Assembly (NCBI GenBank): GCA_963753345.1
Contig: CAVWBU010000049.1
Coordinates: forward strand, 207,017 to 271,016
Reading direction: 5' to 3'
Origin: an uncultured Fibrobacterota bacterium
GTDB taxonomy: Bacteria > Fibrobacterota > Chitinivibrionia > Chitinivibrionales > FEN-1185
Length of the DNA: 64,000 nucleotides
Both the position numbers and the translations under genes were made by a program. A model generated the notes under the pieces. It saw only the letters and a list, made by a program, of their open reading frames with translations. It was not told the DNA's origin and ran no database searches. Shown here piece after piece: positions 21,208 through 32,214 of the stretch. Within the stretch, counting starts at the first letter, position 1, and the number at the start of each line of letters is the position of its first letter.

Positions 21208-24200
21208 ATGGTAAAGCACAAGGCACTGTTGAGCGGCATTGCTTCGGTTGCAGCCGGAGTGCTGTTGTTCGTCTCGCATTTATACGGACAGACGTTGTAT
21301 CCACCGACGCTCAACGTTGGGGTGACCTATTTCGATTACCATTCCAATAGCTCATGCCCGGATTTCAACCCCGGCACCAACCCCAACATGGTGCTGGCCG
21401 GCATGGTAGGGCAGACTCTGGACGCCGACGGGCTTCCTGTTGCGGGAACCACCATGCTTTACAGTTGGGGAATTGCGAAATGGTTCCGTCCATGGAAACA
21501 AAGCTTGCTGGGACAAGGCAGTGATTTTCTCAGGCCTGCCTATGCCGCTGGGGGCAGGACCGTCACCGCCGTAAACACGGTCACCTACGACACTTCCTAT
21601 AAAAATGTCGTGATCCAGGACAGTCTTCTTTTCACCTGTATTGATCTGGTAAACGGCGTGTACCAGTTTAATAGCGCAACTTTCTTTCCGCTCAACACCA
21701 GGGGGTTCGGGCCCGATGACTCTACGAAAGACTGGAATTATTACTCGTATCCCGGCGGAGTCGTCCAAAACGGCGGCCAGAATTATATCGGCCCTGCCGG
21801 CTTTCCCAATAACGCCGCAGTTGGAGATCGTCCGCCCAACCCTAACAATTATTCGTTCGGAGTGCATTTGAAAAAGGCCTTTCAGTACAGGGCGGGTCTT
21901 ACATTCAATTTTGCAGGCGACGATGATATGTGGGTTTTTATCAATGGTAAACTGGTGTTGGACCTTGGCGGCATCCACCAAACCACTCTGGGCAATTTCA
22001 ACCTTGACGCCTTGGGGCCCGCACTCGGATTAAACCTTGGGGATTCGGCGACAATCGACGTTTTTTATTGCGAAAGGCAATCCGTCGGCTCCGACATTCT
22101 TATCACCACAAATATTATTTCCGGAGCTCCCGCCACTCTTGATCTCAAAATGCAACCGCCGGTTGATACGCTTGCCGCAGGCAGCATTGCCGTTTTCACC
22201 GGTTCTGTTCTTGACAACTTCGGCAAGGCCAGGCCTGAATTTAACCAGTATATTTTCTGGACCCTTACTCCCACCGGCACCACGAGTTCGATAAGTCCCA
22301 CCTCCGGCCCGGTTGATACGTTTTATGCGGTTCAGGCATTCAAATCCTACATAATCACCGCGACATTCAATGATCCCGGTCAAAAACCGATTCCTCCGGT
22401 TTCCGACACCGTGTATGTAAAGGCCGGTCCTCCCGACCATCTGGTGATCGAGGCCGATCCCAACGGACTGACCCGCAGCCCGTGGCACGACGACCCGGTC
22501 GGCGGGAACGGTTCCATCACCATCGGTTCGGGTGACCTCAGCAAAAGCGTGTATGCCACGCTGCGCGACAAATACGGGAACTACGTGGGGCAATCGACGA
22601 ATACGAAGTGGGACACGATCCCGATCATCACGCACAACGTTGTAAAGGACAGCTCCGGAATCGCCGCGCAGGGCCAAGGGGTCATCACCAAGCTCGGCGT
22701 CCCGAATGATTCCGAATTGGTAAGTGCCACGGCGCTGGCCCAGCCCTTGCTTACCGGTATCACAAAAACGATGAGCGACACGGTAAAGCTTATGTCTCGA
22801 ACATCACCTACGATGCTTTACGGATAGTATCCCTTTCGCCGGGCGACACCGTTGTTCTTTCGTCCCTTGTCATGACCACCGACCAGGACACGTTCCTCAC
22901 CGTGCAGGGGTTGCGCACCGCAATCAACGATTGGGTGAACGTGCCCGGCAACTGGTCTCTTTCCGCAAACCTCAAGTCCGATACTGCCGCGCCCACGAGC
23001 AAGGTGAACTGGCTCTTTTCTCCAACGGACACGGGCAAGGGGACCATTACGGTCACGTTTGCGGGAAAGACCGTTTCGATTCCCGTTACAGTCAACCCGG
23101 GCGCGCCGCGCTCCCTTGTGCTGTATCCGCAGCCGGGCGTGCCGAGCGCCGCGAACAAAGCGTTGCCGCGCGACTCAACCGTTGTCGCGGGCGTCGATTT
23201 CCCTCTTGTCGCAAAGATGTTCGACCACAACAATGTCTGGCTCAGCTCGTATGAAAGCGCTGCCAGCAACACGCTCATAAGCTGGCAGCTCAGCGACACA
23301 CCCATCGGCACTCTTACGCCGCTGTCCGGATACAAGGCGACCTTCAACTCGAAAAAAGCGAATGACAGCGTGGTCATCATCGCGACGTTTAGGCAGGGCA
23401 CCGCGACGTACTCGGACACCATCGGTCTCACCATTGTGCCCGGGCCGGTAAAGCAGCTCGTGATAGAGGCGAACAAAGATCCAAACCTGAGCCCGAACGC
23501 CGCTGACCCGGTCGACAGCATCACCATCAATGCGGGCGAGACCACCAGGAGCGTTTACGCCATGCTGCGCGACGCCTACGGCAACTGGGTGGCGTATTCG
23601 CAGGTAACGTTGTGGACGAGTTTCAACAATCTCGTTGCGACCGCGACCGGCGGCGTGGCGATCCAGGGCGAAGGGATCGTCACGAGGGCCACGGATTCCG
23701 GCGCCACGTTTGTCAGCGCGGTCGACGCCGAACCTGCCTATGCCTCGCTGCATCTTGCGGACACGATAAAGGTGATAATGGCCAATATTTTCTATCGCGC
23801 GCTGCGCATTGTCGTGCGCGACTCAACGCAGATCGACACCCTCAGCATGAACACGAACCAGGACACCACGCTCAAGGTTCAGGGCCTCAGGTCCGACAAC
23901 GGCCAGTGGGAATACGTGTCTGCGCAATGGAGCATGCAAACCGGGCTTTCAACCGATCCCATGCCGCCGGGTCAGGCGGCCAATTGGACGTTCTCGCCGG
24001 TCACTCCCGGCAAGGGGTGGATCCATGTTTCCATGGCCAACGATTCCACGAAGCCCGATTCCGTTTTAGCAATCTTTACGCCGGGACCGCCCACCAAAGT
24101 GAGTATCGCGATCATCACACCGGCCAATCAATTGATTGCCGGCGACACGATACTGGCCCTTGTTCAGATTAATAACAAGGACGGCCTCGTGCCCGGCGCA

Positions 24201-25905
24201 TGGTGCTACGACGGCGCCAGCGGCGCCATATATCAGGACGGTCTGGGCAGCGGCGGACGCCAGACGCCCGTGGTGATCGGGGACAGCGGCGCCGGGCCGC
24301 TCAACCAAGCGCCGTCGACGGCGAACAAGACCGATGAGTGTTTTCAGAATGGAACCGACACGATAAAATTCATCCTCTACTACGCGCCGTACGGCGGCGA
24401 CACCGCGCACCAGATTTTTGTGTCGCTGGGCAGCCTAAATGCAAGCACCGTGCCGTTCACGCTCCTTCCGGGCGCTCTCAACTCGCTCGCCCTGGAAGAC
24501 GCGAACGGCGTCCATCAGCCCGATACCCTGCACCTGAATTATCCCGCAGGGCATGCGGTGGTGTATGCAGTCGGGTACGACCGGTTCGGCAACAAGATCG
24601 GCCCGGAAAACAGCACCTGGACCTATTCCAACACGCTCCACTCGGAACCCAACTCGACCGACGTGTCGAGGATCTACTATGAGACCGGCGGCGTCACCTC
24701 GGACGAACAGGGCTCGCTTATGGCCACGGCCGCGGGCGGCGTGAAAGACAGCATGTACATCTTCGTGAAGGGGCCGCTGTCGTCGCTCGATTCGGCGGTG
24801 ACGCGCGACGTCAACGGCGACGGCTATCTTGACGAAATAGAATTGTACTTCAACAAGCCGGTCACCATGCTTCCGTCGACCAACTTCACCATCACCTCGA
24901 ACGGGGTCGTCTTTACGGTGGACAGCGTGAGAGCCGTGGGAACGACGGGGACGCATTATGTCGTATACCTGCAGGAGCAGCAGAACGGCCAGCCACAGAC
25001 GGCTTGGAAACCTCTGGTGAGCATCACCGGAATGCAGGGAGTTGCAGATATCAAGAATTTCACGGCCACAGACGGCGCAGGCCCGGTGATCTGGACAATC
25101 ACCAAGACGATCGTCAATCCCGAGGACAGGTCGCAGGACGTGATAACCGTGACGTTTTCCGAGCCCATCACCGGGCCCGGCGGAAGCCAGTTTGCCTGGT
25201 CAACGGTAAAGCCGTCCAGTGTTCTTACCGTGTACCTCCCCAATCCATCCGGCACAGGGTACGACACGCTGTATAACGCTCTCGACAGCATCGCCTCGTT
25301 TGCCCAGGTGATCGGCGACAGCATCGTCAAGTTCACCGTGACAAACGGCAACGATATCACGCAGAACGATTACATGAACATCAAGGTGACGGCCGGGCAG
25401 ATATTCGACGCAAGGGGAAACGCGCCCGTGACGGACAACCGGAAGGCGCCGGTGAAGGTGATCGGCGCGCTGCCTCCACGGATTATTGCGGTGCCCAACC
25501 CGTCCGGCCCCACGTTCCTCCACGAGCAGCCCGGGACGCTTAATTTTGCAAACAATCCCAATGCGCGGAACTGGGTGAGGCTCGAGCGCGCCGGCACGGT
25601 GATAACGTTCAAGATAGCCATTCCGTCAACCCCGGGCGAAGTCGTGACCGGGTATCTTAAAATCTATGACGCGGTGGGAAACACGGTGATAACCGCGGAC
25701 TCAAAGGATGTGATGGCCTCGCTTAAGTCAAACGGCGCCAACGACAGCAGCGCCTACGACTACGACATCTACTGGAACGGTTCGAACGAAAAGGGCACAC
25801 AAGGTGGCGCCCGGTGTTTATCGCACCGTTGTTTACCTTACCTACACTTCTCCCGCCAAGAGCGAGAAGAAGCGGCTGTGGGGAACGGTCGGGATAACGT
25901 ACTAG
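21208..25905 (+). CDS. Giant fibro-slime domain protein 2 (~1565 aa); frameshifts near 22793 and 25799
   Basis: ORFs 21202-22827 and 22872-26039 join via SNITYDALRIV. Comparison with paralog 1 shows one extra base at GGCACACAAG; the corrected end is LWGTVGITY*. Confidence 0.85.
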
Positions 25906-25928
25906 GCGAAGGTGCTTGCAGTGCGAGG

Positions 25929-25970
25929 AAGATCCCGGGGAAGATCCTTTCCCGGGATCTTTCTGTTTTT
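25929..25970 (+). terminator. Rho-independent terminator
   Basis: AAGATCCCGGGGAAG..CTTTCCCGGGATCTT plus T tract; paralog of 20884. Confidence 0.78.
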
Positions 25971-26053
25971 GCGCGGTTTTGTCAAGGCATTTTACAGAAA
26001 AAGGGGAAAGCCACGAAAAGGCTGTTTTTAATCGATTAATCCCACCTAAGTCT

Positions 26054-26083
26054 TGAACCTTTCCTGCCATTATCGCGACTATA
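26054..26083 (+). promoter_or_regulatory. Putative ECF-type promoter TGAAC-N16-GCGACTATA
   Basis: Same motif and spacing; preceded by palindrome TTAATCGATTAA (26028-26039). Confidence 0.72.
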
Positions 26084-26421
26084 AGAGAGAAGTGCATCCC
26101 TTTTCCGGGGTTACGCTGATTGGGACAGCTTTCCCTCCACATAGAAAGGCGCCGGGATACCTGCCCCATTACGTTCAGGAAGAAAATTAGCATTGTAAAT
26201 TGGAGTCGAGTGAGTGTATAATAGGTAACAATAGGATTTGAGTTTGCGGGCGGAAGGGCTGGTTTGAGGAATCCGGAATAAGCGATTAAATTGCAGCGAC
26301 CGGAACAGAGGTTCTTCAATGTGCAATTACGGCTGCTTGCCGCGCAGAGAACATACGGATACGACGCGGTCTGAAGGGTTTACAAATACCACCTTTGCGG
26401 TCTGAACGGAAGGAATGTTTC

Positions 26422-29400
26422 ATGAAAAAGGTGATTGCTGCCTGCTGCCTGTTTCTGCTGTACGCGTCCGCGAGGGTCGGGGCGCAGATCTATCCGGCAA
26501 CGCTCCAGGTTCCCATTGACATTTTCGACTATCACTCGGACGGAAGCTGCCCGGATTTCAATCCCGGCGCGGGGGTGCCGAATGTCTGGCTCACCCACCT
26601 GGTGCAGGACACGCTGGACCAGGACGGGCTTCCCGTCAGGGGAACGGCGTTCCTTTACAGCTGGGAACTAGGGAAGTGGTGGCGCCAGTGGCGGCAGGGC
26701 AACGACTACGAAAGACCCGTCTATGCAACCGGCGGCAGGAGCGTCACGCAGCTGCAGAATGCTCCCCAGATAACCTATGACACGTCGTACAAGAACATCC
26801 TCGTTCGGCAGAATCTTCCGTTCACGTACATTGCAGGTTCACAGGGACAGTATCAGTATCAGAACGGCGCCTTCTTCCCCCTCGACAACGCAGGCTTCCA
26901 GGCAAACGGCAATCCTCCGGACCCGACAAGGGATGTCGGCGGCAATCTCATCAACAGGGCCACCAACTTGCACAACTATTCCTTTGCGACTCACATCCAC
27001 AGGATTTTCAAGTACGTCAACGGAACCACGCTTGCCAATCAACTCATTTTTGAATTCCGCGGCGACGACGACCTGTGGGTGTTCATCAACAGCCATCTCG
27101 TTCTCGATCTCGGCGGCATTCACACCACCATTCACGGATCCTTTGTCCTCGCCAACGGAAACGCCGTGGTGTGGGAGAATTTCAAGAATAATGACATGAG
27201 CGATACAATGACCGCTCCAACAAAACTGGTTGTCAACCTCGGTCTCAAGGACAGCTCAACCGCCGCCATCGATGTGTTCTTCTGCGAGCGCCAGTCCACG
27301 GGCTCCGACATCGAGGTGACCTCAAACATTATTACGGCGCCGCCGCAAACGCTTTCCATGCAAACCATCCCTGCAACCGACACAATAGCAGCCGGAGAAA
27401 CGATGCAGATGTTCGCCACGATTCTGGACGATACCGGCGGCGTGAGGCCCGAATACGCCAATCTTGTCACGTGGGTACTCCTTCCAACGGGAACGCGCAG
27501 CAGCATAAAGACCACGCAGGGCGGCTTCAACACATTTTACGCTGTTGACGCGTACAAATGGTACAACATCATCGGCACCTTTGTCGACCCGACCAATCCG
27601 GGTCGCATAATTCTCGACACGGTGAAAGTCTACGTGGTCCCTGCCGCTCCCTCGCATCTCACCATAGAGGCGAGTCCGGTTTCCGCAACGAACCTTAACG
27701 CCGACAACCGTCTCGGGTCAATCACCTTTCCGAGTTCCACGCAGATGGAGGACGTGTACGCGGTGCTGCGGGACCGGTTCGGCAACTTTGTGAGCTATGC
27801 CACGCTTGCGGCGTGGGTTTCGGACAACACCGCCGTGGTGACGGTCGCGCCGGGCAACACGAGCCTCGGCCAGGGCGCCATTACGCGCCAGACAAACCAG
27901 ACCGCAAGCACCTACGTCTCGGCGGCGCAGAACGGATGGACCGACTCGGTGCAGGTTATTCTGAGCAACGTCACCTACTCCCAGATTCAGATCGTGGGAA
28001 GGCTCACCGGCACCAGCGCCATCGACAGCATCGCCAGTTTGCAAATGCGAACCGACCAGGACACCACGCTGTGGGCGCTGGGGCTTGAAGCGCGCACCGA
28101 CGGCGTTGTCCAATGGGACCAGATCCAGGTGATGTGGGGCAACACCGCGGGCATGTCGTTCAACAACGGAGCTCCGACCAATGCGAATTCGTGGTCGTTC
28201 CAGCCGCTCACCCAGGCCACGGGGAAGATTTTTATCGTGTGGGGCTCGGGCGCCCAACAGCGGAGTGACACGATAACGGCGATATTCAACTATGGCCTGC
28301 CGGACCACATGGCGCTGTATCCTGCGAGGGGCCAGCCGGATGTGGGCACCAACGTCATGTACGGGCCGACAAAGACCGTTACTGCGGGGCAGGCGCTGCC
28401 CCTGGATGCCGCGCTTTTTTCCGCGAGCAACCAGTGGCTGAGCGCATTCGAGACGGACAATGCGCCCATTACGTGGACCATCCAGGAGCTCACAGGCGCG
28501 ACCAACACGGGGACGCTCAACAAGTACACGGGAGATCTGGTAAGCTTTACCGGGTACAAGGCAACCCAGACGGTGAAGGTGACGGCGACGTTTTCCAATA
28601 ATGGGATCACCATTTCGCAATTTATCAACATCACGATAACGGCCGGCCCTGCGGCAAAGCTGGTGATAGAGCCGGACACCACGGGCCGCACTGCGTATGT
28701 CAACGATCCCACGGGCGCGCACCGTGCGCAGAACCTGGGAGGTCTTACCATTGCGGGCTCGGCGACGACCGTTGCCGCATACGCGGTCCTGCGCGATCAA
28801 TACGGCAATTTTGTCGCATTTTCCAATCCCACAAACTGGACCTCGCGCGCCGACTCGATAGTGGTTGCCCAGCGCGGAGACATGACGTTCGGCCAGGGGA
28901 TCATGATGCGCGAGACGAATGTGGGGCAATCGTGGGTCCAGGCGCAGGACAGCATTCTCGGTTTTACCGACAGCGTCCTGGTGGTGATAAGCAACATCAC
29001 CTACACGGCGCTGCGGATCGTGGTGCGTGATTCGACGGTGATAACGAATCTCGGCATGACCATAGATATGGACACGACGCTCAAGGTGCAGGGCCTGCGG
29101 TCGGACAACCAGGTATGGGAGTATGTGAAGGCGAACTGGTCCGCGACTGCCGGTTTACAGAACGCGACGGCGGCGCCCGGCTCGTCGATAAGCTGGGACA
29201 TTGCTCCCAAAGATACCGGGCATGCGTGGATTAAGGTGTCTCTCACCGGAGCCACGCCGGATTCAATATCCGTTACGGTGGGCGCCGGCGTTCCCCAATA
29301 CATAGTGCTGTACCCTGCGGAGGGCGCGCCCGGTCCGGCGAACACCGCGTATCCCGGCCCCGGACAGGTTATCATCGATTCAGCCGGCAAGGCGCTGCCC

Positions 29401-32124
29401 GTGGTGGCAAAGGTGTTTGACAAGGCGGGCGACTGGCTGAGTTCGTTTGAGACGCCGTCGTCGCCGGTGACGTGGAGCATCGTGGAACTTCAGGGTAACA
29501 CGGATGTACCGACGGGAACATTGCCTCAGCCGCAAACCGGCGACAAGACCGTGCTCATGGCGACCAAAGCGAACAATACCATTCTGGTGATTGCAGAGTT
29601 TGCGCAGAACGGTCAGGACTTTAAGGATTCGATCAAGGTGACGGTGGCGCCGGGGAAGCCGGACCATTTGTCGCTGGAACCGTCGGCGGACGCGTTTGCG
29701 TCGCCTCACAAGGACAATCCCGAGGATACCGTTCTGATACCCGGAAACGCGACCAATGCCTATGTGTATGCGGTGATCCGCGATCAGTACGGGAATTTTA
29801 TCAGCGCGTCGCAAAGCACGGGATGGCTGAGCCGCGACGTTTCGGCGGTGACGGTGGACGACGGCCAGAAGAGCCTTGGGCAGGGTGTGATAACAAGGAG
29901 CGGGGTAAAGACCCAGGCCATGGTGGTGGCTACGAGCTTGAACTATCCCGGTTTGACCGATTCGACGCTGGCGGTAGTTCTCACCTATTATTATACCGCT
30001 CTGAGGATTGTTGATCCCAACGGGAACCCCATAACGAGTCTCACGATGAACACGAACCAGGACACGACCTTGATCATGCAGGGACAGCGTTCCGATAACG
30101 GTCAGTGGGAAAACGTACCGGGTACGTGGCAGACGACGTCGGGCCTTGTCACAACGCCGGGCGCACCCAGCAACGTGAGTACCTGGACTTTTTCGCCCGA
30201 CACGCCGGGCACCGGCACCATCACGGTAACCTACGGCACCGACACGGTGACCACGAAGCCTTATCACCTGAGCGCAACCTTCACGGTTGGCCCGCCGGTA
30301 TCGATAGAGACCGAGATTTTAACGCCGGTGAATCTGCGTGTGGCCGGTGACACGATTGTGGCGGTGACGCGGATCATGAACAAGGACGGGCTGGTGCCCG
30401 GACCGTACTGCGATTCCGCCACATATCAGAACGCATTGGGCACGGGCGGGCGGCCGAACCCCACGGTTGACAGCGTGAAAATGGGGACGAGTATGTACGA
30501 GTGTTTCCAGAACGGGATAGACACCGTGAAATACGTGTTGTACTATGCGCCTGCAGACCCGGACAGCCTTGAGAAGGTGACGGTGAAGTTCGAGGGGGAC
30601 AGCGCGTCTTCACAGCCGTTCACGCTGCATCCCGGGGCCCTTGCGCGGCTGTCTCTCGAGGACGTCAACGGGAACCAGCTTGATTCGATAAACCTGAATT
30701 ATCCTGCGGGCGCGCAGTCGATCATCGCGGTGGGGTACGATGCGTACGGGAACCTGCGCGGACCGGAGATAAGCACGTGGGGAACGAGCGGGACGCTGCA
30801 CGCGATCGACAATCCGACGGATGTGGTGCGGGTGTATTACACGTCGGGCTCGGTGAAGGGCAACGAGAGCGGGTATATCCATGCAACTGCCATCGGGATA
30901 GGCGGCAAGTCGGTGAGCGACAGCACCAAGGTGACGATAACCGGCCCCGGCACCACTCTTATAAGCGCGGTGACGGAGGATTCGTCGGGAAACGGGTATC
31001 TCGACCATATCATTTTGCACTTCAACAAGCTCACAACGTTTCCTCCGGGCGCTCAGATTGTTATCACGGAGGGAAACGGAAAGTATGTTCTGCCTGTTGA
31101 TAGCGTTACGGGGCTCACCTCGTCGACGGATTCGGTGTTTGTGGTGACGCTTGCCGAGCCGAAGAACGGTGATCCGGATTACGGGATTCCGGAGACGGAC
31201 TGGAAGCCGGAAATCTCGATAACGGGCATGACGGGAGTGAAGCAGATAACGGACTTTACCGCGACGGACGGCGCCGGTCCGGTGATTTGGAGTGTGACGA
31301 AGACGATTATGTCGCCTTCAGACCGCCAGCAGGACCAGGTGACGGTGGTGCTGAGCGAGCCGATCGGCACCAGCGGAAACGATTTCAGCCTTGCGACGTG
31401 GCCGCAGAACATGATTCTGGTGTGGAAGGATTCCGTGTTTGTGGTCAACGGGGTGAGCCATGACACGCTGGTGCAAGTGAAGGGGATGCTGGACAGCATC
31501 CTGGGATTTTACCAGGTGGTAAACGACTCGACGATCACGTTTTACATGACGAACGGAAAGGACATGACGGGGCGTGATTATCTGAGCCTTGTGTCGGACA
31601 CGAACGTGACGAAGCTGACGGACAAGGGCCCGTTGGTGCCGAACCCGCCGGTCGCGGACAACCAGAAGGTTCAGGTGATCGTGAAGAGCACACCTGCGCG
31701 TGCGCTCATCGTTGTTCCCAACCCGTCGGGGCCGACGTTCAACCGTGAGAATCCTGGAGTTCTCAATTTAATGAACCAGCCGTTTGCGCGGGACTGGGTG
31801 CGGCAGGACGGCGCGGGGACCGTGATGACGTTCAAGGTATCGCCCGCGAGCGGGGAGACGGTAACGGGGTATCTGATGATATACGACGCGGTGGGAAACC
31901 TGGTTATCTCCGCAGACAGTTCGAAGTCCACAGCCGGGATTATTCCCGCGAGCTGGACGACCGGCGCCCAGAGCACCTACGATTTCGACATCTACTGGAA
32001 CGGCTCGAACGGGAGAGGTTCGAAGGTGGCGTCGGGCGTATACAGGGCGGTGCTTTTCCTGAAATACGCATCGGCGACCGGCTCGAGAAACTCCAGGCTC
32101 TTCGGGACCGTGGGAATACGGTAA
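26422..32124 (+). CDS. Giant fibro-slime domain protein 3 (1900 aa)
   Basis: Signal peptide; GDDDLWVFINSHLVLDLGGIH, FFCERQ; repeated RDxYGN modules; EDSSGNGYLD; YDAVGN..YWNGSN..KVASGVY. Confidence 0.9.
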   Translation: MKKVIAACCLFLLYASARVGAQIYPATLQVPIDIFDYHSDGSCPDFNPGAGVPNVWLTHLVQDTLDQDGLPVRGTAFLYSWELGKWWRQWRQGNDYERPVYATGGRSVTQLQNAPQITYDTSYKNILVRQNLPFTYIAGSQGQYQYQNGAFFPLDNAGFQANGNPPDPTRDVGGNLINRATNLHNYSFATHIHRIFKYVNGTTLANQLIFEFRGDDDLWVFINSHLVLDLGGIHTTIHGSFVLANGNAVVWENFKNNDMSDTMTAPTKLVVNLGLKDSSTAAIDVFFCERQSTGSDIEVTSNIITAPPQTLSMQTIPATDTIAAGETMQMFATILDDTGGVRPEYANLVTWVLLPTGTRSSIKTTQGGFNTFYAVDAYKWYNIIGTFVDPTNPGRIILDTVKVYVVPAAPSHLTIEASPVSATNLNADNRLGSITFPSSTQMEDVYAVLRDRFGNFVSYATLAAWVSDNTAVVTVAPGNTSLGQGAITRQTNQTASTYVSAAQNGWTDSVQVILSNVTYSQIQIVGRLTGTSAIDSIASLQMRTDQDTTLWALGLEARTDGVVQWDQIQVMWGNTAGMSFNNGAPTNANSWSFQPLTQATGKIFIVWGSGAQQRSDTITAIFNYGLPDHMALYPARGQPDVGTNVMYGPTKTVTAGQALPLDAALFSASNQWLSAFETDNAPITWTIQELTGATNTGTLNKYTGDLVSFTGYKATQTVKVTATFSNNGITISQFINITITAGPAAKLVIEPDTTGRTAYVNDPTGAHRAQNLGGLTIAGSATTVAAYAVLRDQYGNFVAFSNPTNWTSRADSIVVAQRGDMTFGQGIMMRETNVGQSWVQAQDSILGFTDSVLVVISNITYTALRIVVRDSTVITNLGMTIDMDTTLKVQGLRSDNQVWEYVKANWSATAGLQNATAAPGSSISWDIAPKDTGHAWIKVSLTGATPDSISVTVGAGVPQYIVLYPAEGAPGPANTAYPGPGQVIIDSAGKALPVVAKVFDKAGDWLSSFETPSSPVTWSIVELQGNTDVPTGTLPQPQTGDKTVLMATKANNTILVIAEFAQNGQDFKDSIKVTVAPGKPDHLSLEPSADAFASPHKDNPEDTVLIPGNATNAYVYAVIRDQYGNFISASQSTGWLSRDVSAVTVDDGQKSLGQGVITRSGVKTQAMVVATSLNYPGLTDSTLAVVLTYYYTALRIVDPNGNPITSLTMNTNQDTTLIMQGQRSDNGQWENVPGTWQTTSGLVTTPGAPSNVSTWTFSPDTPGTGTITVTYGTDTVTTKPYHLSATFTVGPPVSIETEILTPVNLRVAGDTIVAVTRIMNKDGLVPGPYCDSATYQNALGTGGRPNPTVDSVKMGTSMYECFQNGIDTVKYVLYYAPADPDSLEKVTVKFEGDSASSQPFTLHPGALARLSLEDVNGNQLDSINLNYPAGAQSIIAVGYDAYGNLRGPEISTWGTSGTLHAIDNPTDVVRVYYTSGSVKGNESGYIHATAIGIGGKSVSDSTKVTITGPGTTLISAVTEDSSGNGYLDHIILHFNKLTTFPPGAQIVITEGNGKYVLPVDSVTGLTSSTDSVFVVTLAEPKNGDPDYGIPETDWKPEISITGMTGVKQITDFTATDGAGPVIWSVTKTIMSPSDRQQDQVTVVLSEPIGTSGNDFSLATWPQNMILVWKDSVFVVNGVSHDTLVQVKGMLDSILGFYQVVNDSTITFYMTNGKDMTGRDYLSLVSDTNVTKLTDKGPLVPNPPVADNQKVQVIVKSTPARALIVVPNPSGPTFNRENPGVLNLMNQPFARDWVRQDGAGTVMTFKVSPASGETVTGYLMIYDAVGNLVISADSSKSTAGIIPASWTTGAQSTYDFDIYWNGSNGRGSKVASGVYRAVLFLKYASATGSRNSRLFGTVGIR

Positions 32125-32155
32125 AAGGTTACACCTGCGCAATCGCCGCAGGCAC

Positions 32156-32201
32156 AAAAAAAGGCCGCGCCCCTGTACCAGGGGCGCGGCCTTTTTGCTT
32201 T
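32156..32201. terminator. Bidirectional terminator between convergent genes
   Basis: AAAAAAAGGCCGCGCCCCTG-TAC-CAGGGGCGCGGCCTTTTT. Confidence 0.85.
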
Positions 32202-32214
32202 GAGAGGGGGGAAC

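Noticed and set aside
19720-25905. Diversity-generating retroelement template/variable repeat pair
   Set aside because: No reverse transcriptase; both copies are coding and the differences are not adenine-specific
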